Source of the DNA: an uncultured Gammaproteobacteria bacterium
GTDB taxonomy: Bacteria > Pseudomonadota > Gammaproteobacteria > Arenicellales > Poriferihabitantaceae
Direction of reading: 5' to 3'
DNA length: 56,998 nucleotides
Assembly (NCBI GenBank): GCA_964403545.1
Contig: CAYOGN010000153.1
Span: forward strand, 1-56,998
The notes under the pieces are model-generated. The model made no database searches. It had not been told where the DNA came from and worked only from the letters and a program-made list of their open reading frames with translations. Within the stretch, counting starts at the first letter, position 1. The number at the start of each line of letters is the position of its first letter. This document shows, in pieces, positions 1 through 7,440 of the stretch. The position numbers and the translations under genes are program-made.

Positions 1-65
1 CTTTATTATGGTTAGCTGCAAACCGTTTCTTATGCTTTGTATTCAATTCAAACCCGGATCTGGTT

Positions 66-93
66 TTGCCATTCGAAGCTACAATGGTATAAT
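66..93 (+). promoter_or_regulatory. Putative sigma-70/sigma-S type promoter with extended -10 upstream of bolA
   Basis: TTGCCA (66-71), 16-nt spacer, TG-G-TATAAT (85-93). It lies about 35 nt upstream of the ATG at 128. Confidence 0.45.
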
Positions 94-127
94 GATTGTC
101 TTATACGAACGCCTTAAATTAGCCTTT

Positions 128-442
128 ATGAGCACCCAGACTTCCATACAGTCAAGGCTTGAATGCCTGAATCCGGTACATCTTGAAGTGGCTAATGAGA
201 GCCATATGCACAATGTTCCCCCGGGGTCAGAATCCCATTTCCGGGTGACCGTAGTTTCAGATCAGTTCAATGGAAAGATGCTGGTGGCCAGGCATCGTAT
301 GATCAACCAGTTATTGGCGGAAGAACTCGCTGGTTCCATTCATGCTTTGGCATTACACACAAAAACCCCGGATGAATGGTTTCAAACTGGAGGACAGTCA
401 GCGAAATCACCACCCTGCCTGGGCGGCTCCGCAAGCAAATAA
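128..442 (+). CDS. bolA: BolA family transcriptional regulator / stress morphogene protein
   Basis: Internal ATG (M41) of ORF 8..442. BolA signature HFRVTVVSDQFNGKMLVARHRMINQLL...IHALALHTKTPDEW. The upstream 40 codons look non-coding. Confidence 0.8.
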   Translation: MSTQTSIQSRLECLNPVHLEVANESHMHNVPPGSESHFRVTVVSDQFNGKMLVARHRMINQLLAEELAGSIHALALHTKTPDEWFQTGGQSAKSPPCLGGSASK

Positions 443-479
443 AAGTTCCGATACAGACCTCGCATAGGGCCCTTAAGGG

Positions 480-508
480 CTTGATATTCAAAACCCTATC
501 TCCATATA
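480..508 (+). promoter_or_regulatory. Putative sigma-32 (heat shock) promoter of ibpA
   Basis: CTTGATA (480-486), 13 nt, CTCCATATA (500-508), compared with the consensus CTTGAAA-N13/14-CCCCATNT. Confidence 0.5.
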
Positions 509-567
509 TTTTGTAGCGAAAGGGAGTCTCAAGCAGATCCTTTTCGTTACTTTATTTTTTTAACACT

Positions 568-589
568 ATATTGCTTCTCAGGAGAATAT
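568..589 (+). promoter_or_regulatory. ROSE-like RNA thermometer hairpin occluding the ibpA Shine-Dalgarno
   Basis: AUAUU-G-CUUC / loop UCA / GGAG-AAUAU. The SD GGAG (581-584) pairs with a UUGCUUC strand containing a bulged G. The ATG is at 593. Confidence 0.5.
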
Positions 590-592
590 GCT

Positions 593-1057
593 ATGAATAC
601 AATTGACTTAACCCCTCTATACCGCAGCAGCATTGGCTTTGACCGCTTTGGCTCAATCCTTAACGCTGCACTTGGTGCCGAAAAATCAACCTCTACCGGT
701 TACCCACCCTACAATATCGAAGTGGTTGGTGATGATCGATACGCTATTACCGTGGCTGTTGCCGGTTTTGAAGACAGCGAGCTGGATATCCAGGTGGAAA
801 GCGGTGTGTTGACTATCCGTGGCAAACAGCAAGGCCAGGATGGAGATCAAAAATTTCTGCATCAGGGTATCGCCACCCGGTCATTTGAACGCAAGTTCAA
901 TCTGGCAGACCATATCGAGATTACCAGCGCAGAATTGCGTAATGGATTGCTCAAGTTAAATTTGGTGAAAGAAGTACCCGAAGCGATGAAACCCCGTTCC
1001 ATTGCGATTAATGGATCAGACAACGTACTGGCCCATAAGGCTGAAAAAGCAGCCTGA
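593..1057 (+). CDS. ibpA: Small heat shock protein, Hsp20/alpha-crystallin family (IbpA-like)
   Basis: N-terminus MNTIDLTPLYRSSIGFDRF and PPYNIE..DDRYAITVAVAGF..L.I.VE..VLTIRG are typical of IbpA/IbpB. Confidence 0.9.
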   Translation: MNTIDLTPLYRSSIGFDRFGSILNAALGAEKSTSTGYPPYNIEVVGDDRYAITVAVAGFEDSELDIQVESGVLTIRGKQQGQDGDQKFLHQGIATRSFERKFNLADHIEITSAELRNGLLKLNLVKEVPEAMKPRSIAINGSDNVLAHKAEKAA

Positions 1058-1079
1058 TTTCGGGTACTACGACTCAAAA

Positions 1080-1109
1080 GGGCAGTGGCAAATGCCATTG
1101 CCCTTTTTT
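1080..1109 (+). terminator. Rho-independent terminator after ibpA
   Basis: 10-bp stem GGGCAGTGGC/GCCATTGCCC (one G-U pair), 4-nt loop, followed by T6 (1104-1109). Confidence 0.8.
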
Positions 1110-1124
1110 ATGGCCAGGATGGCC

Positions 1125-1345
1125 GGTATCTCGCGAGCGCAAGAGCGAGGCGGAATATCAGTAAAGGTTGAACTATCACTAGTCTATAGTTTTATCAGTC
1201 CAGTAGCGGTATCTCGCGAGCGCAGGAAGCGCAAGAGCGAGGCGAAATATCAGTAAAGGTTGAACCATCACTAGTCTATAGTTCTATCAGTGCTGTACCG
1301 GTATCTCGCGAGCGCAGCAAGCGCAGGAGCGAGGCGGAATATCAG
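1125..1345. repeat. Intergenic tandem repeat, about 2.6 copies of an 83/92-bp unit containing a variable 9-bp AGCGCARGA micro-repeat
   Basis: Units start with GGTATCTCGCGAGCGC at 1125, 1208 and 1300. Copies 2 and 3 carry one extra 9-bp subunit. The whole unit is conserved, including ...ATATCAGTAAAGGTTGAAC(T/C)ATCACTAGTCTATAGTT.... Confidence 0.9.
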
Positions 1346-1368
1346 CAAGAAATTACGATGTCACTGTT

Positions 1369-2493
1369 CTACAATAACTCCAGCACCCGATATATCGCTT
1401 CGACATTCGATGCTCCGAGATGCTCCGCCCGCTCGGGTGACCAGCCCTGCATCACATTGGGGCTGTCAATAGTATCCTTGAACGGCATTTCCAGTGTCAT
1501 CGCCAGGCAGGAAAATGTTTCAGCCACATAATTTGTACACATTGCCAGATTCCCCTTGCCCGCAGATGCGCGCGGATAGCCATGTTCCATTTGAAAATCC
1601 GGGTTGATTTTGACTAACTCTTCCTTGTACTGAACCAGCACTGCCTCACGATCCTTATTCCACGAGGGGATACCTTCCGATGAAGCGATAAAGTTATAGG
1701 GCAATGCCTCGTCACCGTGTACATCGAGGCAAAAATCTACACCTGTCTGACCCATTTTTTGCCTTACCAGAAAAACTTCCGGACTGGATTCCATGGTGGG
1801 TTCATTCCATTGTCGATTCAGGTTTGCACCAGCCGCATTGGTCCTCAGGTGCCCGCGGCGACTGCCGTCCGGATTCATATTGGGAACCACATAAAAAACC
1901 GCTCTGTTGAGCAGTTCTCTCGATACCGCATCCGTGGAATCAAGCAAACGGCTGACAAAGCCTTCCATCCACCATTCCGCCATGGTTTCCCCGGGATGCT
2001 GTCGACCAATTACCCAGCAAACTTTTTTACCCTCTATGGCATCGCCAATCTGTAGCAAGTCAATATCCTGTCCATCCAGGGTTGAGCCCAGGTTGATCAG
2101 CCCAGACCTGGGGGAAGTTTGTGCAACGGAAACCAGACTGGCATGTTTTTCCATCGAATATGGCGCGAAATAAGCGTAATAAACCGAATCGTATCCTGGT
2201 TGATGCTGAATACAGAGTTCACCATCTTCATAATAGGTATCAACCCGAAACCAATACTCCCGATCATAGGATGCAACCACACGGTATCCCTCCCACCCCC
2301 TGGTATAACTCGCCTCACCAGCATTAATAATTCGTATCAGGCACTGCTTGTGAATCGCTCCGGTCAAGCGAAAATAGAACCACTGAAAAAACTTTGCCTT
2401 GTGGTCGGGCTTGATTTCCAATCGGATATTGGTGGCCTCCTCACACCCGACAACACGAATATTACCGCCATCAAAATTGCTCGAGACTTTCAT
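1369..2493 (-). CDS. M14-family zinc carboxypeptidase (cytosolic carboxypeptidase-like, with N-terminal beta-sandwich domain)
   Basis: HPGE zinc motif (GRQHPGETMAEWW), PNMNPDG and LDVHGDE motifs. N-terminus MKVSSNFDGGNI is typical of the bacterial CCP-like subfamily. Confidence 0.8.
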   Translation of the reverse strand: MKVSSNFDGGNIRVVGCEEATNIRLEIKPDHKAKFFQWFYFRLTGAIHKQCLIRIINAGEASYTRGWEGYRVVASYDREYWFRVDTYYEDGELCIQHQPGYDSVYYAYFAPYSMEKHASLVSVAQTSPRSGLINLGSTLDGQDIDLLQIGDAIEGKKVCWVIGRQHPGETMAEWWMEGFVSRLLDSTDAVSRELLNRAVFYVVPNMNPDGSRRGHLRTNAAGANLNRQWNEPTMESSPEVFLVRQKMGQTGVDFCLDVHGDEALPYNFIASSEGIPSWNKDREAVLVQYKEELVKINPDFQMEHGYPRASAGKGNLAMCTNYVAETFSCLAMTLEMPFKDTIDSPNVMQGWSPERAEHLGASNVEAIYRVLELL

Positions 2494-2511
2494 AACTTTA
2501 AATCCTGAAAA

Positions 2512-3321
2512 TCATTCTTTTGACTCTTCGTCATTGACGAAATAATCGCTGATGCCAACGGTGTTGAACCCGCCGTCAACATAGGTAATTTCCCCGGTGA
2601 TACCCGAAGAAAGATCGGAGCAGAGGAATGCCGCAGTATTACCGACTTCATCAATGGTAACCGCCCTGCCAAGGGGTGCCACGTTCTCAAAATGCCCCAG
2701 CATTTTTTTAAAGTTTTTAATGCCTGCTGCTGCCAGGGTTCGAATCGGACCCGCTGAAATCCCGTTGACCCTGATTCCTTTGCCACCCAGGGATTGGGCC
2801 ATATAGCGAACATTTGCTTCCAGGCTGGCCTTGGCCAGACCCATTACGTTATAACCGGGCATCGAACGAATAGATCCAATATAGGTCAATGTCAGCAAAG
2901 CGCCGTTGCGGCCCTGCATCAGCGGTGCTGCTGCACGTCCCATAGCGGCAAAGCTATAGGAACTAATTTCATGGGCAACATTAAATCCCTCCCTGGTTAC
3001 TGCATCAAGATACAACCCCTCTAATTCAGTACCCGGGGCAAAGGCAATGGAATGCACCATAATATCGAGTCCGTCCCACCGCTTACCCAGATCGTTAAAA
3101 AGCTGCTGAATTTCGATGTCGCTGGCGACATCACAAGGCAGTACGATGTCCGAACCAAGTTCAGCCGCAAGTTTTTCAACCCTGGGTTTCATCCTCTCAT
3201 TCGGGTAACTAAACGCCAGTTCAGCACCTTCACGATGCATTGCTTTGGCGATTCCCCATGCAATGGAACGATTACTTGCAATACCAGCGATCAACGCGCG
3301 CTTGCCGGATAAAAAACCCAT
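2512..3321 (-). CDS. fabI: Enoyl-[acyl-carrier-protein] reductase (NADH) FabI
   Basis: [39 protein letters not shown]... is a full-length FabI-type SDR. Confidence 0.95.
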   Translation of the reverse strand: MGFLSGKRALIAGIASNRSIAWGIAKAMHREGAELAFSYPNERMKPRVEKLAAELGSDIVLPCDVASDIEIQQLFNDLGKRWDGLDIMVHSIAFAPGTELEGLYLDAVTREGFNVAHEISSYSFAAMGRAAAPLMQGRNGALLTLTYIGSIRSMPGYNVMGLAKASLEANVRYMAQSLGGKGIRVNGISAGPIRTLAAAGIKNFKKMLGHFENVAPLGRAVTIDEVGNTAAFLCSDLSSGITGEITYVDGGFNTVGISDYFVNDEESKE

Positions 3322-3398
3322 GAATTAACCTCGATTTAATGATGTCTGAAAGGCTATTATAACGGCCTCAAGATAAATAAGTAGAGCAAGCCGCACCA

Positions 3399-4139
3399 AT
3401 GCTGCCTCCCCTGATTCCAGTTTTGCTAGATCCTCAGCGTGAACAGCGTTGTCGGCATCTGGCCAACAATCTCGGCTGTCATTTACTGCTACCAGATGAA
3501 ATCGGTCGAGGAATATTTCCCTGGGGATCGTTAGTACTGTGTTTCGATAACAACGACCGATTAGGGCTCGCGGAACTGGCCAAAAACCGGGCACTACCGG
3601 TCGTCGCGGAATTACTGCCAAGGCGGATAAATCGCGGAATTGATCCCTTGATGCGTGCCGTTGGCTATAAAACCAGAAACCTGATTGACGGTACCGCTGG
3701 CTTTGGTGTGGACGCCGCACATATTGCAGTACACGGGATAAATGTTATCGCGGTAGAACAAAACCCGATCATGTTCACTCTGCTTGAAGACGCTTATGGA
3801 CGCTGTAATGAATCGTCAATACATCAAAACCTGACCCTTCAATCAGGCAATTGCATTCAATTTCTGGAGCAAATGAATGATGCCGTTGATGTGATCTACC
3901 TCGACCCTATGTACCCCCCTAAAGCCGGATCTGCAGCGCCCAAAAAAGCACTGCGACTTTTGCAAAAGTTGATACCCGGATCGACTGACCAACCAGCACT
4001 GATTGAGCTGGCTCGCAACCGCGTAACGAGCAGGGTTGTGGTCAAGAGACCACATTATGCGGAGCCCCTGGCTCCGGGAAAAAGCGGTGAAACCAGCGGC
4101 AAACTGGTACGATTCGATATTTACCCCCCAGTACGATGA
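3399..4139 (+). CDS. rsmJ: 16S rRNA (guanine1516-N2)-methyltransferase RsmJ
   Basis: SAM-MTase motifs DGTAGFGVDA and YLDPMYP. Length and C-terminus are typical of RsmJ/YhiQ. Confidence 0.85.
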   Translation: MLPPLIPVLLDPQREQRCRHLANNLGCHLLLPDEIGRGIFPWGSLVLCFDNNDRLGLAELAKNRALPVVAELLPRRINRGIDPLMRAVGYKTRNLIDGTAGFGVDAAHIAVHGINVIAVEQNPIMFTLLEDAYGRCNESSIHQNLTLQSGNCIQFLEQMNDAVDVIYLDPMYPPKAGSAAPKKALRLLQKLIPGSTDQPALIELARNRVTSRVVVKRPHYAEPLAPGKSGETSGKLVRFDIYPPVR

Positions 4140-4912
4140 AACCGTTGCATAGTCATTCGGACAAGCTTCCCGGCCTGTTTTTCTCGCCTGCATTTGAACA
4201 ACAACAAACCCTGATCGACATTGAGGAAAGGGAAGCGGTCCATGCAATCAAATCACGAAGACTTCGGGTAGGAGACCCGATTCAGATTACAAACGGCAAA
4301 GGTTTACTGGCTGAAGGGGTGATAGTGTCCATTGGCTATAGACCCGCCTCGATAAGAGTATCAATCAGCCATACCCGTCACCAATCTCCCGATCGGATTG
4401 CATTCGAACTGGCCAGCGCTCTGCCCAAAGGAGAAAGACTGAGCACCCTGATTGATATGGGAACCCAGCTTGGCATGGCTGCTTTTATACCGCTGGACTG
4501 TGAATTCAGTGCGGTTCAATTTCAGGCGAGAATGACTGGGCGCTGGCAACGGGTGATACAAAATGCCTGCAAGCAATCCAGAAGGGTATATATTCCGAAG
4601 ATTAAACCGGCGCTTACACCACTCCGGTTACTGGATGAATTGGATGAAAATACAGGTTTGTATTATGGTGATCCTGATGGTGAGTCGCTTTATCAAATTG
4701 CACAGGGCATAATTCCATCTGTTAAACGAATTATAGTAATGGTTGGGCCTGAGGGAGGATTCAGCAAATCCGAACTTGCCCTGCTGAGAGAGAATCCCCG
4801 GGCAAAAGCTTTGCGTGCGAGCCAATTTGTTTTGCGAACCGAAACGGCTGCGATCGCATTACTTGCATCAGTACTTCAATTGTCAGGACTGGAATTATCG
4901 AAGCTGCGATAA
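4136..4912 (+). CDS. rsmE: 16S rRNA (uracil1498-N3)-methyltransferase RsmE
   Basis: SPOUT C-terminal motif VMVGPEGGFSKSELALL ... LRTETAAIA. 4-nt ATGA overlap with rsmJ. Confidence 0.9.
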   Translation: MKPLHSHSDKLPGLFFSPAFEQQQTLIDIEEREAVHAIKSRRLRVGDPIQITNGKGLLAEGVIVSIGYRPASIRVSISHTRHQSPDRIAFELASALPKGERLSTLIDMGTQLGMAAFIPLDCEFSAVQFQARMTGRWQRVIQNACKQSRRVYIPKIKPALTPLRLLDELDENTGLYYGDPDGESLYQIAQGIIPSVKRIIVMVGPEGGFSKSELALLRENPRAKALRASQFVLRTETAAIALLASVLQLSGLELSKLR

Positions 4913-5084
4913 TAGCCGTATTATTTATTCGTGATGCTATCAAACTGGCGGCAGCCTGTTCCGCCACCTGATGGTATCGACCGCAATCAGAATGATTCTG
5001 ATCACGAAAACCCCTGGTCTCTAACTGTACGCTTGAAAATATACTGTTTGAAAATATACGGCCTGAACATAAAATTAAATAGAT

Positions 5085-5648
5085 ATGCACTCACATAACC
5101 TGATCTGGATAGACCTTGAAATGACCGGATTATCGCCGGAGAACGACGTAATCATTGAAATCGCCACTATTATTACCGATGCCCAGTTGAACCAGATCGC
5201 CGAAGGCCCGGTATTCGCCATCAAGCAATCACTGCAAAGGCTTGCAACCATGGATGAATGGAATACGCGAACCCATACTGAGAGTGGACTGGTCAATCGA
5301 ATCAAGGCATCAAAGGTAGATACCGGGGAAGCGGAAAAACAAACCCTGAAATTTATCCGTCAATATGTGCCGGGAAATCACTCTCCGTTATGCGGAAATT
5401 CTATCTGCCAGGATCGCCGATTCCTTGCCCGATATATGCCGACTCTGGAAAAATACCTGCATTACCGCAACCTTGATGTCAGTTCGATCAAGGAGTTAAT
5501 GGTGCGCTGGCGGCCCGATTTGCTCCAGGGATTCAGAAAACAAAATACCCATCGGGCACTGGATGATATTCAGGAATCCATTGAAGAGCTGAAATACTAC
5601 CGAAAAACCTTTATGAATGCACCAATACCACCTTCTCAGGCCGAGTAA
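5085..5648 (+). CDS. orn: Oligoribonuclease
   Basis: [11 protein letters not shown] DEDDh exonuclease motif and [19 protein letters not shown]-terminus. Confidence 0.95.
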   Translation: MHSHNLIWIDLEMTGLSPENDVIIEIATIITDAQLNQIAEGPVFAIKQSLQRLATMDEWNTRTHTESGLVNRIKASKVDTGEAEKQTLKFIRQYVPGNHSPLCGNSICQDRRFLARYMPTLEKYLHYRNLDVSSIKELMVRWRPDLLQGFRKQNTHRALDDIQESIEELKYYRKTFMNAPIPPSQAE

Positions 5649-5649
5649 G

Positions 5650-7314
5650 ATGATCAGATACACCAGAGTTTTTGCCATTTTTGTTTTACTGCTATGTATT
5701 TCCCGGGTCAACGCTGCTGCCGGAATAGCCACAGCCCACCCTCTAGCAACAGAAGCCGGGGTTCGTATTCTTGAGCAGGGTGGCAATGCGTTTGACGCTG
5801 CGGTAGCTATTACCGCTGCTCTCGCAGTGGTGGAACCCACCGGCTCTGGACTGGGAGGTGGAGGATTCTGGTTGTTACACAGCGCCGCTACAGATACGGA
5901 TATGATGCTGGACGGACGCGAGCGGGCACCAGGAGGCGCCAGCCGGGATATGTATCTCGATTCAGCGGGGGAAGTTGTCTCGGGACGATCAGTAAATGGC
6001 CCCCTGGCCGCCGGTATTCCAGGAGAACCCGCTGCCATCTACTGGTTAGCCCGACACCGCGGGGTACTACCGCTATCAATAAGCCTTGCCCCGGCGATCG
6101 AGTATGCCGAACAGGGATTTGCTGTGGGGGCACACTATCGGAGACTAGCCGAATTTCGTCACGATGTAATCAAGGCGTCCGCCGCCGCTGCTGCCATATT
6201 TCTCGATCATGGCGAAGTGCCACAAGTGGGCTGGAAGCTGATCCAGAAAGACCTCGGCCGCACCTTGCGTGCTATCGCGGATCGGGGCCAGAAAGGTTTT
6301 TATCAGGGTGAGATCGCGCAAATGCTGGTGAATGGTAATCGCCAGGAGGGCGGCATCTGGACCCTTGAGGATTTATCCAATTACCGGGTCAAATTACGAT
6401 TGCCCGTTAGTGCCGAATATCGGGGGATGAAACTGGTATCCGCTACCCTGCCCTCGTCAGGGGGCCTGGTGATGGCTACTGCACTCAATATTCTTTCCGG
6501 ATACGACCTGGCACAAATAGATGACCTGTCGGCTACTCACCTGGTGGTAGAAGCGATGCGGCGAGCTTATCGCGATCGTGCGAAATTTATGGGTGATAAT
6601 GATTTTATTGATGTGCCCATGGACAGATTACTCAGCACAGAACATGGGGACGAGTTAAGACAATCTATTGCACTCAATAAGGCCACTCTCAGTAGCGACC
6701 TGCCACCGGCCTCCGGCGACCAGAGTAAAGGCGTCGATACCACACATTTTTCCGTAGTCGACTCTGATGGCAACCGTGTTGCCGCGACGCTGTCCATCAA
6801 CTATCCATTTGGATCAGGATTTGTTGCTGCCGGAACAGGCGTATTACAAAATGATGAAATGGACGATTTTTCAGCCAAACCCGGTGAACCAAATGTCTAT
6901 GGGCTAGTGGGCGCCGAGGCCAACGCCATTGCCCCCAACAAAAGAATGTTATCCAGTATGAGCCCGACCTTTCTTGAAACAGACGATCGAATTGCGGTCC
7001 TGGGGACCCCGGGTGGAAGTCGAATTATCTCCATGGTGTTATTGGGCGCATTGGCTTTCGAACAAGGCGCAGGGGCCGAGGAAATCGTCAGTAAGAAGCG
7101 GATTCATCACCAGTATTTGCCCGACAGAATTCAATACGAACCAGATGCGCTGACACCAAAGCAAATTGTTAAATTACACCTGAAGGGCCATAAATTACAT
7201 GCCCGGGGTAGAACCTGGGGAAATATGCAAGCGGTACTGATTAACAAAACCGACGGCGTGATCAGCGCAGCATCCGATCCAAGGGGAGAGGGGCAGGCCC
7301 GGGTTCTCGATTAA
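5650..7314 (+). CDS. ggt: Gamma-glutamyltransferase (periplasmic, signal peptide)
   Basis: Start moved to MIRYTRVFAIFVLLLCISRVNAAAG (signal peptide), 2 nt after the orn stop. Catalytic region DTTHFSVVD, plus GTPGGSRI. Confidence 0.95.
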   Translation: MIRYTRVFAIFVLLLCISRVNAAAGIATAHPLATEAGVRILEQGGNAFDAAVAITAALAVVEPTGSGLGGGGFWLLHSAATDTDMMLDGRERAPGGASRDMYLDSAGEVVSGRSVNGPLAAGIPGEPAAIYWLARHRGVLPLSISLAPAIEYAEQGFAVGAHYRRLAEFRHDVIKASAAAAAIFLDHGEVPQVGWKLIQKDLGRTLRAIADRGQKGFYQGEIAQMLVNGNRQEGGIWTLEDLSNYRVKLRLPVSAEYRGMKLVSATLPSSGGLVMATALNILSGYDLAQIDDLSATHLVVEAMRRAYRDRAKFMGDNDFIDVPMDRLLSTEHGDELRQSIALNKATLSSDLPPASGDQSKGVDTTHFSVVDSDGNRVAATLSINYPFGSGFVAAGTGVLQNDEMDDFSAKPGEPNVYGLVGAEANAIAPNKRMLSSMSPTFLETDDRIAVLGTPGGSRIISMVLLGALAFEQGAGAEEIVSKKRIHHQYLPDRIQYEPDALTPKQIVKLHLKGHKLHARGRTWGNMQAVLINKTDGVISAASDPRGEGQARVLD

Positions 7315-7440
7315 CGAATTATTTTATGGATCAGCGTAAAGGCAGTTCCCGGAATCTGTCGCGAACTGCCAGCTGCTATTCAAGCGCGAGTTTCCAACGC
7401 CAGGATGGTCGGATTCAATTTTTAATTAACACCGAAAAGT

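Noticed and set aside
8-127. N-terminal 40 codons of ORF 8..442 as part of bolA.
   Set aside because: BolA similarity begins at the internal Met (128). An extended -10 promoter-like element lies inside the extension.
1002-1472. ORFs 1002..1256 (+) and 1290..1472 (+) crossing the tandem repeat; also a possible CRISPR reading of the repeat.
   Set aside because: The ORFs are created by the repeat itself. They have repetitive Arg/Glu/Ser-rich translations and no RBS, and one runs into the antisense of the carboxypeptidase gene. It is not a CRISPR array because the whole 83-92-bp unit is conserved, including what would be the spacers, and no cas genes are present.
5496-6038. 180-aa minus-strand ORF inside ggt. 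Similar long antisense ORFs: 8728..9360, 16317..16838, 30571..31041, 36087..36563, 36759..37214, 41229..41690, 44110..44613, 46448..46882, 48462..48962.
   Set aside because: All lie antisense to or out of frame with strongly supported genes. Their composition is low-complexity or Arg/Pro/Ser-rich and no family is recognisable. They are typical shadow ORFs.
7341-7370. GGCAGTTC-N14-GAACTGCC hairpin between the convergent ggt and AOR genes as a bidirectional terminator.
   Set aside because: The loop is large and neither strand has a U tract. It may still act as a weak terminator, but the support is too thin to list as a feature.
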